The notes beneath the pieces are model-generated. The model saw nothing but the letters and a program-made list of their open reading frames with translations. It ran no database searches and had not been told where the DNA came from. Position numbers and translations under genes: made by a program. Source: Sphaeroforma arctica JP610 (lineage: Eukaryota). From it: a stretch of DNA of 20,000 nucleotides. Below, piece after piece: positions 1 through 14,076 of the stretch (position 1 is the first letter of the stretch; each line of letters opens with the position of its first letter). Location: assembly GCF_001186125.1 (NCBI RefSeq), contig NW_014040205.1:51757-71756 (forward strand), read 5' to 3'.

Positions 1-836
1 CGCTTTATGGATCTACGATTCTACAGAAGTCCATACAGCCCCGCGAGAGAATCGAGTTGTCGACGCTCTCCAGACTCCGATCAGAAAAACAAACAATAGT
101 AAAGTATCATAAATACATATAATTTTTAAAATACGGCCATGTGTGTATATAAAATGCGTCCGAGTGGGGACTATTTGTTAAAAAAAAATTGCCTTCTTAA
201 AAAACATTAAAAAACATAGCCTTCTAAAAATTAAACACTTCTAAATTGAAACATGGGGAATTTGGGATAACTCACTGGGCCCTCTCAGGGACAGGGCCTG
301 GGCTACTCTAGTAGAGTAGGGCGGTAGGGCCCAGGCCCCAGGGCCCCGGGCCTGAGGCCTGGGCGAGAGGGCGGCAGCCGGACCGGCAGGGCCGGTAAAT
401 AATATACGAAATGGATCGGCTAGGCTCTCTACTCTCTGACTTGTGCTTGAATATTTACAACACTTTTTTCCCCTTCAACTTCAAAATGTGTCTAATAAAT
501 TTAAAATAAATATATACAAAATGTAGTCACATTTTTAGGGCACATGTTTCCTGTGTATGAATAGCCTTCTTCGTGAATATTCTAGAGGGCTATGCAAGTG
601 TCGTATTTAGATAGACTCCGACTCACTGACTCACTCGGCTCATGTTTGGGGGTTTTTTTTTAAACTTATGGCAATTGCTCTCTGTTTGCTATAAGCAAGT
701 AGCCTACTAATTACTGAGAGAGATTTGTCTACTGGCATCATGTGCATAAAACTTGATCTCAAATCTTCATAACACAACTTTTTAAGCCTCTTTGCATTGT
801 AACAATCCCATAGCTACCAGAGAATACCTGAGAGAA

Positions 837-4060
<3,224 letters not shown>

Positions 4061-4949
4061 AATACTATGGGCCTAAATTTTTAGACGGACGGATTCGATT
4101 ACGTTGTAAATCTTTGAAGGAGGTGACATAAGTACGTTTCCGCACATATTTGCCTGGCTAGATCACGACAGAATTGTGACATCACTCAAATGCTTCACTT
4201 CAGGTTGTGCAAGCTATTGTGTTTGTGACTACAGGTATAGCGGTTGCAACTGTGTGCACGCAGATCTGGAGGCTTTCCCATCTATGGCCTGCTTGCTGCT
4301 ACAATCAAGCATATATACCAGCAAGCCGGACCAAGGTATTCGATTGGATCACGAATCTGATTTCGTCTGTTCTCGGCGTTCTAGGGCGTGTTTAGATTAA
4401 TAGAACTTCTAGGCTGCGGGCATATTTGGGCAGGACTGTACTCTGCCATGTAGACCACCTCAACAGCATAACACTAGGTATGCAGAGTTACTCTGCGTTT
4501 TATATCATATTATATTCAGATGCGTGCACGAATAACCAAATCGCACATGAAGCGGCAGCACTGTTTGGCATCAGTAGACATCAAATGATTAAATTTTCGA
4601 GCTTTTACATTACTCAATGTTTACAATTACATGGCAGTCTAGTTTCTCTCGATCAAGTACTAACTGCCAAGCCCAATTCACGATATAACGGGCAAACTAC
4701 AAGAAGCATTGGCGAACAGATTTACGAACCCTTGTGCCAAACAAAAATATGTTCAAGATATTAATCAGAAGCATAAAAGTGTGTTTCATATCGGTAAGGA
4801 ATCAGTTCACAATGCGAATCTGCGAACCATGTGATTACTAGCTAGGAGTTGTAATGCGCACTACAGGGCGCAGTTATATTCAAGCATGTCTGGGTGTAAT
4901 TGCGGCCAGGGAGTTACAAGAACATACATTAAAGTGAATTGTAATATGG

Positions 4950-7900
4950 CTACGAGAAGCCACTCGGTTTTTTATTCGACGTCGGCCTTTGCAGCATTCT
5001 TTGCATTAACGTGAGCTTCAGTGGTTCTGCCGGTGCGTTATGCGCCCGTGAGGTAACAGTTTTGGAGTAAGCTTCCAGCTTTGGACCCGAGTCTGTACTT
5101 AATTTTACACGAGTATTGCTACTAGCTCCCCTTCCAGCTAAATCTGAAGTCGCACTCCGCATGGATATGTGCGCGTGTGCGTGCGCTTGTATGTGGTGGT
5201 TGTCGATAGCAGCATGTGTTTTGCTGGGCGCGTTAGATGCTCTACTCCTCCTCTTGCGCGGGGGCGCGCTGGCTGTGGGAGGAAGAAACAGTTTTACGAA
5301 TTAGGAAATTGGTTAGACCACGACTGGCATACCAGTGGCGGCAAGATAAGTAGATCCAGGGTTCGTGAGGCGTATACTTGCCTGCCCTTTTTTTGCTGGA
5401 CATTCACTCTGCTGAAAATTTGGAGTCAAACGCAGGTATATGCAAAGGTGTGTAAGGCTTACACTTCAATATAACACAAGCGATGCCTATTCTGTACATA
5501 CAGCTACGACCGAATGACACAACCAATCACTCGTCTATATTTTTTCCGTGAATTAACGAGCAAGCTAGGTCCATGACAAATCTTTTTGAGAGGATCATCT
5601 TGTCTAGGCAACAACAATGCACACAATAGAATCACTTGAGCGAAGCTGGTATCATAGAAAACAAAACCTTACCCGACACAACGCCCGTTGATGTATCCTT
5701 ATTTGCTTTTCTCTCGCTTCGCACTTCATCCAAATAATCGGGATTGTACTGCTTCAATTTTTCCGCATTTGGTAGGAGAAGGAAAGCTTTCATCACGTAC
5801 GGCTGCGATAACCCAAAAAAGGCAGGGCCCGAGGCCGCAATCTTGACATTTGCGTTGCCTGTCCGAGCCTACGGCAGAATAAGAAAATTGGCTTTGGTCA
5901 TAAATAAAGGATGGCGAGGCTTGCACACAGTTCATGTGCCAGAGAGGAGGTGGAGTGTCACGCGAGTTACCTCAATCGCCATTGACATTATGCAGAACAC
6001 TCTTTAGCAATGTACAAAAAATATCGCTGGGCTATTGGAGTCACTTACTGCAGATAATTGCATCGATCACTGTGCCGTGGAGATGACGCATATATCCCTG
6101 AGGGTTTGCTGGCTGTTATTAAGTTGCGATTGCAACAACTTGATTTGCACACCAGCGCACGCAAATACAGTGTGCGATTGTATTTGTATTGCAAGGGTTC
6201 TACTATCGCCGCGCAAAGTATTTCTAGAAAATAGAACATTGTGGACACACATGAGGTACAGATCTATTCACAATACCATAAGCGAACACATGCAAATAAC
6301 ACACAAAAACTATATGATCGTTCAATTAAACACTACTCGTAAAAGGTTACAGTGTGCAAGCATACCGTTTTAATTTTAATCAGCAGCGTAACAATCGACG
6401 ACGTCGGAGACGTGGCGACAATAGGACTTTCGGGATCGTCTGCTGCCCGGATTTCGAACTGAAATAATGAAGGAATAGACTGAGTAGTCGGGCGATTTTA
6501 TTTTAATTGAAACAAGCATTGTTTGCATGCAGACTCGTGCTTAATAACAACTAACGAAACATACGGCACGCTAGCAATCAGTGGATACCTCAGTTTTAAC
6601 ACACTTGCAGATGAGAAGTCTGTGCCTGAAAGGAGTCAGTTCGATCTCATAAAACCTCGACAATTTAACAGGGAAATGTATTTAAACCATACGAACACAT
6701 TTCTTTTTGGAATAAGAACACAAATTGATCAATCAGTGTGGCTAAAACACCATATTCCAAGTACAATTGTCACGGAGCATTCAAATCATACGAACGACAC
6801 CTCGACATCAGAAACTCACTAATGGTCCTTCGCCGCCATCTAGTATTTTGCATGTGTACAGTACGCGCTCCTCGGTCAGGTAGCTGTTACCCATTCGTTC
6901 GGAGGTGAATCCAATCGGCCAAATGTATCTGTGAAGGCGGTTGACAGAGTCCGGTAGGCTATCAAATGAGTTCACAATGCAATACATACAGAAAATGTAA
7001 ACGATCTTTATGTGAGCAAGAATTACAATTTTTCCATGTAGCCATATTGACAAATCGACGACTCGTCATCGCTCAGCATACACAGGAGTTATGTATTCCA
7101 GCTCAGAAATACGTGGGATCAAGACAGTAAACTGGTTTCAAACACTGCCCCATATGTGTAGCGATCAGTGCTAACCCCAGATGAATATTTTATATATTAC
7201 TCATCGCTATGCGTAATTTGATTGACACCACTTTGACGTACCTTTCAGAATGAAAGCCTTCTCGTTCCCACTCTACGGTACCAAAATTGATCACCGTCAC
7301 AGGGCCTGCTTTGACAGGGACTGTTGGCTGTGGACGATAAATACAAGAAGTTGAATTAGATTTCACGTCAATAAAAACCCGCCGCATAATCTAATCCATT
7401 TTACGGGGCGAGTTCAGTAACTATCAACATTAAATAATTCAAAAGATATTTGTACAAGAGATCCAGTCACTGCATTTTCTGTGCGTATCCTAGCGTCCCT
7501 GTAGCTGGCCAGCGCCTAAGGCGGCTATAACATGAACAATAACGCTTAAGAGTTTTTCATCATAGGCGCCTACTAATGGCCAATCGAATCGTAGGCAATA
7601 AAACAGATACAAATGACGGCACTTTTAACACAGGGTCTGTTTCGCATCGACACATGATTAATATCCCATCACTAGGATGCGAGGGCCCCCATACCAGTCC
7701 CTGCGTATCCACCAACACTTCGGCATACTTCGTCGAAGTTTCTGGGGATCGTCTCTTTCTCATGGCTGGCTGTGGGACTGAGTGATGTCTCGGTGCCATG
7801 AACGCGTGTGGTACCAAAAAACTGGCCGGTGCTTGTTGATTTTCATTCTGCGGTCGTGAACTCACGTGCAATAAATCTCCCTTTTCTATGTCCTGAACGG

Positions 7901-10900
7901 GACAGGGAACGAAATGGGAAAAATATCAGTGATACACTACGAGAACATATTGATTTTAGTATTAACAAGTCACGTTGAAGGGCTTCGGCATGCGGCGTAC
8001 CTAATGGTTTATATTGGTGATGTTAGCGAGTTGCTTTAAGGATGCCGTACACAAACAAGGCAACAGCGGCACCATTATTTTGTAAAAATATAAGGCGGTA
8101 CTCTCAATATACACACCTCCGATGAAGAGCTCTCGTGGATGAAACTAGGGATGGGCTCTCCTTTTTGCTTGAGCTTGTGCACCAACTGTCGCTTATTTCG
8201 GGATAAGGCCTGTAAAATTGCAATCATTTTAAAATATCGTTTTGAGCAATCTCAAATTTAATCCATAAACTTTCAGAGACGTACTTGAACAAACAAAAAT
8301 GATGAAAAGAAAGAATTTGCATACATACTTTTATACTTGATAACAATATTTCCCTTTCTTCGTGCATGGCCGTGTTTGTGAATAGCATCATACGCACAGT
8401 TTTCTTCATATATCTGTATTGTGAGAAATTTGAGAAGATAGTGCCTTACGTTAAAACATTGGACTCTTGCTTCTCCGATAGAACTCTTCCTAGGACAGTG
8501 AACTCTTTGGGAGCGCTCCATACCAAACTGTCCCGAACTACACCATAAACCCTACCTTAACTTGCGCTCGCTTGATGCCTTTTTTCTGTGTCGTTCCAAT
8601 CGCACCTTGTCTGCCCGGGCTGCCTTTCGTTTGAGCATTTCGATCTGTGTTGGGAACATAAAATCACAAGTTCGGGTGAGTATCAATCTTCTAAAATTAG
8701 TATGAAATAGTTCACAAGATAGCGCAGAGACATATGAGCCTTAACAAGCATGGCAGTCACAGTGTACGATGCTAACCACGATCACATTAGCGCGAGTAAA
8801 AAACCTTGTCTTCATCCTTAGCAAGGGCAAACCACCCAGGTTGGCCATCAATCTTCGTGAACCGCTGACTGCCTCGTTGTGTTTCTCTGTATATCAATGC
8901 ATCCAGACTCTTCTTTTTGGATGCGTCGATCAAACCTCGTTTAGCACACCTCGATTGTATGTCCTTGAGGTGCAAGCCCTCGGAGCCCTGTTTCGAGATA
9001 GAAGATGGTCAGCACAAGACTTGTGCACGCAAGGCGTGATATGTTTGCGATACGTCTCTTTTATTCGTGCAATTCCACCTGATGAAAGATGGAAGCCTGA
9101 AGCTTGGTGGTGCGTAGAAGTTATAGTATTCAATACGTAATGTCTTGAGAACTTTAAATCGAAGAAAAACCCCAGATATAATCGTCTGCAACATATGGTA
9201 GACGCTTAAGTGGGATGTGCTCCTCATAAATCTACACAGCAAATTTACTGTGAATTAAAATAGGCCATGACTGATGTGGGATATGTAATAATCTGTCCAC
9301 TACAGAGTACATCGACAGTTTAAGGAAGAAAACCGAAATACATACATGTTTGCCAAAAGTGGCGGAAATACGATGTATTCTCTCATATTCTGCAGAGGGA
9401 GAGATGCGTATAAACCATATATAAATACCAAAAAGATACACCTACCGCCTCTCGCAACACCATTTCAGCCGCATCCAGCAGTGTAATAGTCTTCCGCCTC
9501 TCCGCCGGAAACCTAGTGGGTGCGAGGTACACATTAGAACCTTTTGCAGCGGGTAAGTTATAGCAATTCCATTCTGATTCGCTGAAGTGTAGACCCTACA
9601 CGCACACGTGGTAGGATATGGGCTGATAACTGTACAGGGTATGGGCTAGCAACCGATTTACTTGTAAAATACTTTTTTTAAAAGGTATAGCTTCGAAAAG
9701 GTGCATCCGCTGTATACCCAATCGCCCCTATTAGAAATCGCTTTCAAATACGTTGGTAAAAGCAACTTACAAACTACACACTTTGTAATCGAAATGCACA
9801 GGGTGCTAAGTCCCGAGTGATCTAATGTTTATCAGTTGAACGTCCTCAGTTATAACCGCAGACATCAAAACATATAAATTTAAATCATGTAGAATACAAG
9901 TCACTTGACAAATCATAAACGACATACTTCGACGTTGTAAGAATTCCCAGTACAAATCTCACCAGTTGAAGGGTCTATCTTTACTGCGTTCATCACTCAT
10001 TGTGTTCAAAAGAAGGAGCTTTTCAAAAGTAATATATCCACTACCGAATCATAGCAAGATGTTACACGCACACGAATGGTATACATATGTACAACTAGAA
10101 AACCACATTGGTACGCGCGAAGTGGCGGGAGTTGCAGCTGGAAAATACAACATGGGTACAATTAGAACAACCCAAATAGTTTGCGACGCACACACGCAGA
10201 CCATCCCACTAGCCTATACTGAATAATGAGATGTATAATGTTTACACTGAACACACTCAAAGCATTCTGCGCTGCTCGGATTGTGATACAATAGCCAATT
10301 CCTTGAAAACATTGGCTGGTGCGTGAACAATGGCGGTTGAACTGCCGTGTATCGTTGAATACTCTACTACAGCAAAGATTTGTGTCCATTGCTGAAGATC
10401 TCAATTTTCTAATGTAGCGACAAGCACATAGCGAACGCGACTGTCACAAAATCTGCAAACTTGGATTGAGATCGCCACCCGATAATCTTTTCATTGTTTT
10501 GCGTAGGGCTTTATAGCAGCTGCCGAGGGCACATAGAGATACCATCCATACCTGCGTTCCTGTACCTCCTCTCCGTCGCTCTCGTAGTCTGCATTTCCGC
10601 CATCATCCTTGACCCTGTGCTCATAAGTATTCTCGGTTGAGGGGTTATCTCGTATGTGTTTTTCGTAGTTATTCGTGCTTGAGGCTACACGATCACCATC
10701 ACCCCTCATTGCTTTTTCCCTGACCTTATTCTTGGTGATTCCGCGAGAATACTCAGACATATTAACCTGTAACTCAGACCCACCTACAGGATCCCCACGA
10801 CGTTTTGAATGTTTCTTAGAATTGCCATCGCGTGGTAGTATAGGGGCATCTTCGTCGCTGGAATCATCTCCACTGATGTATGATGCTTGTCCTTGTGTAC

Positions 10901-11255
10901 TACTAACTTCAATCTTATCGACCTTATATATGCCGTTTTTGACCTCATGGTTAGCTACATCAAATACTTTAACTTGATCAGCTTTGCCTACGCTGCTCCC
11001 CTTGCTCGCATGAACAGTATGGACACGCCTATAACTCCCATCACGTGCATACAGCGCACTTTTATCATCACCCTCGTATGGCTCGACAAAATTCGTGTGA
11101 CGTACATCGGTCGAGTGATCCGAATGCGACCCATCTGACGGATCTGACTCGATGCTATCACCACTGCTTGAGTCGTCACTGAGTTCACTACCACTGCCAC
11201 CAAGTGCTTCAACTTCGTCATCGGTTATCTCATCTACTTTCTCCAGCCCGTCCAT
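4950..11255 (-). CDS. TBRG1/NIAM-like FY-rich (FYRN+FYRC) nuclear protein with an added HARE-HTH domain and INO80E/TBRG1-type coiled coil, ~741 aa; exons 11255-10552, 9512-9446, 8987-8805, 8644-8556, 8413-8329, 8209-8117, 7892-7695, 7327-7242, 6928-6820, 6458-6366, 5868-5673, 5272-4950
   Basis: All 11 introns are GT-AG and phase-compatible; exons total 2226 nt = 742 codons including TAG. HARE-HTH-like: ITLLDAAEMVLREAGSEGLHLKDIQSRCAKRGLI...SLDALIYRETQRGSQRFTKIDGQPGWFAL. Coiled coil: KLRYMKKTVRMMLFTNTAMHEEREILLSSIKALSRNKRQLVHKL. FYRN: VTVINFGTVEWEREGFHSERYIWPIGFTSER...LYTCKILDGGEGPL. FYRC: FEIRAADDPESPIVATSPT...SGPAFFGLSQPYV...LPNAEK. The start codon is uncertain (an acceptor lies 6 nt upstream) and the donor at 8804 is weak. 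Confidence 0.85.
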
Positions 11256-11783
11256 TGTGTACTATGCGAGGTGTGTGTGCAATATAAATAGGGACAGAGG
11301 TACATCTCAGCTACGGAACCAACTAATAAACCTGTTTAGATAGGTGGTAGGACATAAAAAACACTCAGCAATGCCCTAGTAGCAAATAAAAGCCATCATC
11401 CTACTAATACTAGAGAGAGAGGACGATGCCAATTGCCACGAGAATCGTCCATACTGTCAAGTCTCAGAAACGTACAATTCTCAAAAAAAAAGTCAGATGT
11501 AAAACGGAGTCGATTTTTGACACAAGAAGAGTAATACACACTACATAATCGTGTCTCATCGTGTTGCTTTCCTATATATCTGTGAAAAAGTTGGAACGAG
11601 TCGAACATAAAGATAATGTGTGTATCTGTATATCTTCGCGAAAATGCACATGCCCTCACGATTTATAGAACTATGTACGTGTACATGAACGTGCACTTAA
11701 TAAAATGTGTATGTGTTCACAAACGTGCATGCATACGTCAGAAAATATAATAAAATACAGCTTCGCCCATGTCTGCTTGTAAT

Positions 11784-11787
<4 letters not shown>

Positions 11788-11823
<36 letters not shown>

Positions 11824-11893
11824 ATATGAATATATATATATGAATATATACATATATATATATATATATGTATATATATACATATATACATAC

Positions 11894-11941
<48 letters not shown>

Positions 11942-12242
11942 GTATATATGTATATATGTGTGTATGTATGTATGTATGTATGTATGGATGCATGTGTTTA
12001 TGTATGATATATATATGTATATATATATAGATAAATATATATATATGTATATATGTATATATGTGTGTATGTATGTATGTATGTATGTATGTATGTATGT
12101 GTTTATGTATGAATGGTATGTATGTATGTATGTATGTAGGTGTGTATGTATGTATTTATGCACCAATATATATATATACCCATGTATATATATATATATA
12201 TATTATATATATATAGATATATAGATATATATACATGTATAT

Positions 12243-12275
<33 letters not shown>

Positions 12276-12310
12276 AGTTTTTTTGTATGTATGTATGTAT
12301 GTATGTATTT
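11788..12310. repeat. (TA)n/(TATG)n microsatellite tract
   Basis: Directly visible TA and TATG runs, with an internally duplicated TA-TGTG-(TATG)n block. Confidence 0.95.
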
Positions 12311-12559
12311 GACTATTCTATCTATCTATCCATCTATCAATCGACCTAACCTGTCGTTGAGTTCTGCATGCACTGATTTTATTCATCGTTCAGTATGCAT
12401 GCACGGTATTCATCGTTATCGACGTCCAGATTTGTACATCTTTTAGGGCTGTGTTGTGTAGTCCTGACAACCGATAGTGTTCATTATTTTCCGATCTGAG
12501 ATTGCAAACCTTGTTTAAGGATATTTAGGTCACCAACCGATACATAGTATTCTCAATGG

Positions 12560-13130
12560 CGTCTACAAAGCGCGCCTCGTTCCATGAAGTACATATCTAG
12601 AACGAACTACGACTCGAGATTTGATAAAGTTTGCTACCACAATCATGAAACCCAAGTGCACTTCGTTGTGTTCAATTAGAAAGGACCACGTCTCGAGAGT
12701 TAATATATTGTTTGCTACCACAATCTTGAAACCCTGCGTGTCTCTACAAAGTACACGTCGATGCATCAAGAACTAGGTCTCGAGAGTTGATACGTTATTT
12801 GCCACCACAGAGTGTACGTTGTTACATCGACAACGCAATTAGAAAGACCTACGCCTGAAGAGTTGATATATAGTTTGCTATTAATCTTAACTTTTGAGTG
12901 TCTTTAGAAGTGTACCAAGTTGCATGGACAACGTTATTGGGAACAACTACACCTCAAGAATTGATAAAACTCACTATCGGTATTGAAACCCCAACTTTCT
13001 CTACAAAATGAACCAAGAATATAGTCTTCGAAGCCCTAATTGTCTCTACAAATCACCCTTTTGCATTGAGAAGAGCTAGGAAGAAATACGACTTGACAAG
13101 TCGATTAAAGTTTGAACCACGATCTTGGTT
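12560..13130. repeat. Degenerate tandem repeat array, about 6 copies of a 35-48 bp core with irregular spacing
   Basis: Core approximating TACGnCTCGAGAGTTGATA(n)GTTTGCTACCACAATCTTGAAACCC starts near 12608, 12687, 12774, 12850, 12948 and 13087. A second motif, (T)CTCTACAAA, recurs between cores. Confidence 0.75.
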
Positions 13131-13456
13131 GATTTATTTTTATTCTCCATCGGTAGAAGATACTATAAAAATTAGCCTCGGCACAAAACGAATCGGTAAC
13201 ACCGACCAGGAGTAACACAGTAACCAAAAACATGACATAATCGATAGACATTAACGTAGAGATTCTCAGCCCCGAAAGATGGTTCAAGTACCGTCAGCCA
13301 ATAATGTCTGGACTTGGTTGAGTTATGCATCAGTGAATCTACACAACAGAACATAAACATACGAACAAAAGATAAAAAAGAACATAAGGCCACTGGGTGA
13401 CTTGGTTGAACAAAGTCAACGATAATTTCTCATAACGATGTATGGGTTCGTACGAT

Positions 13457-13748
13457 AAAGAAGAGTACAGAGCGAGTGAGCCCCGTTAAGATATTGCAAA
13501 ATTGAAACTGAAAACAGTTACATTGGCAACGGCCGCATAACTTTGCTTCGACGAAGACACCACAAACAACCGACGTGCCCTGTAAGGGTACCTAGCCCGT
13601 AGTATGAGCATCACTGGCAGGCATAAGCACACACGTGGCGGTGATGAAAGGACCATCAAGGCCCGCTACTCTCTAGCTATCGTCCGGGGACTTTTCCCCG
13701 AGCATGGATTCAATTTATTCGCTCGGACAGCGGCCCTGCTCGTACTCC
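13457..13748 (-). ncRNA. RMRP: RNase MRP RNA (~290 nt)
   Basis: The minus strand shows MRP hallmarks in order: P1 GGAGUACGAGC pairing with GCUCUGUACUCU; P2 GGCCGC (13735-13730) with GCGGCC (13536-13531); P3 CCGAGC/GCUCGG; CR-I GAAAAGUCCCC (13696-13686) then GGAC; MRP-diagnostic P8 GCUA-GAGAG-UAGC with a GARAR loop (13677-13665); CR-IV AGUUA (13542-13538); a P19-like hairpin; CR-V ACGGGGCUCACUC (13486-13474) completing P4. Ends inferred from P1. Confidence 0.93.
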
Positions 13749-14076
13749 ACTCCTCGCACAGGACAGATCGGAATCCGCCCCTTACTGAACTGAACCGACA
13801 GTGCGAGGCATTATATACTTCCCAATATCATTTGTTTCTATGACAATATTCGTATACACACGAGGCCGCAGAAGTTCAGAACTTCCTGAAGTTATCCACA
13901 TTCCCCAAAATATAAATAGGGCACATGAATAAAAGGTCAACTAAAAGGCCCGTTTGCGCAAGTACCGGACAATTATGCAATAATGTAAATTTTACGGCCA
14001 CGAGAGTGAGTCGTAGACTAGCAAGCCCTAAATTGCTGTTGACGGCGATTTTGGAGGAAAATCCACATTGTTGTTT

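Noticed and set aside
8556..8644. AATF/Bfr2 C-terminus (RKKASSERKLR resembles RKASKGRKLR)
   Set aside because: The flanking exons continue into a TBRG1/INO80E-type coiled coil and FYR domains, so the resemblance is a short basic motif only.
10675..11343. + strand ORFs of 63-100 aa
   Set aside because: They are antisense shadows of the acidic first coding exon on the minus strand.
12608..13127. CRISPR array (part of the repeat core begins GTTT and ends GAAAC)
   Set aside because: Repeats are highly degenerate, spacing is irregular, linkers resemble one another, there are no cas genes and the context is eukaryotic.
13604..13843. 79-aa + strand ORF, or a + strand C/D snoRNA (GTGATGA...CTGA)
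   Set aside because: It is the antisense of the RNase MRP RNA, which explains the sequence far better.
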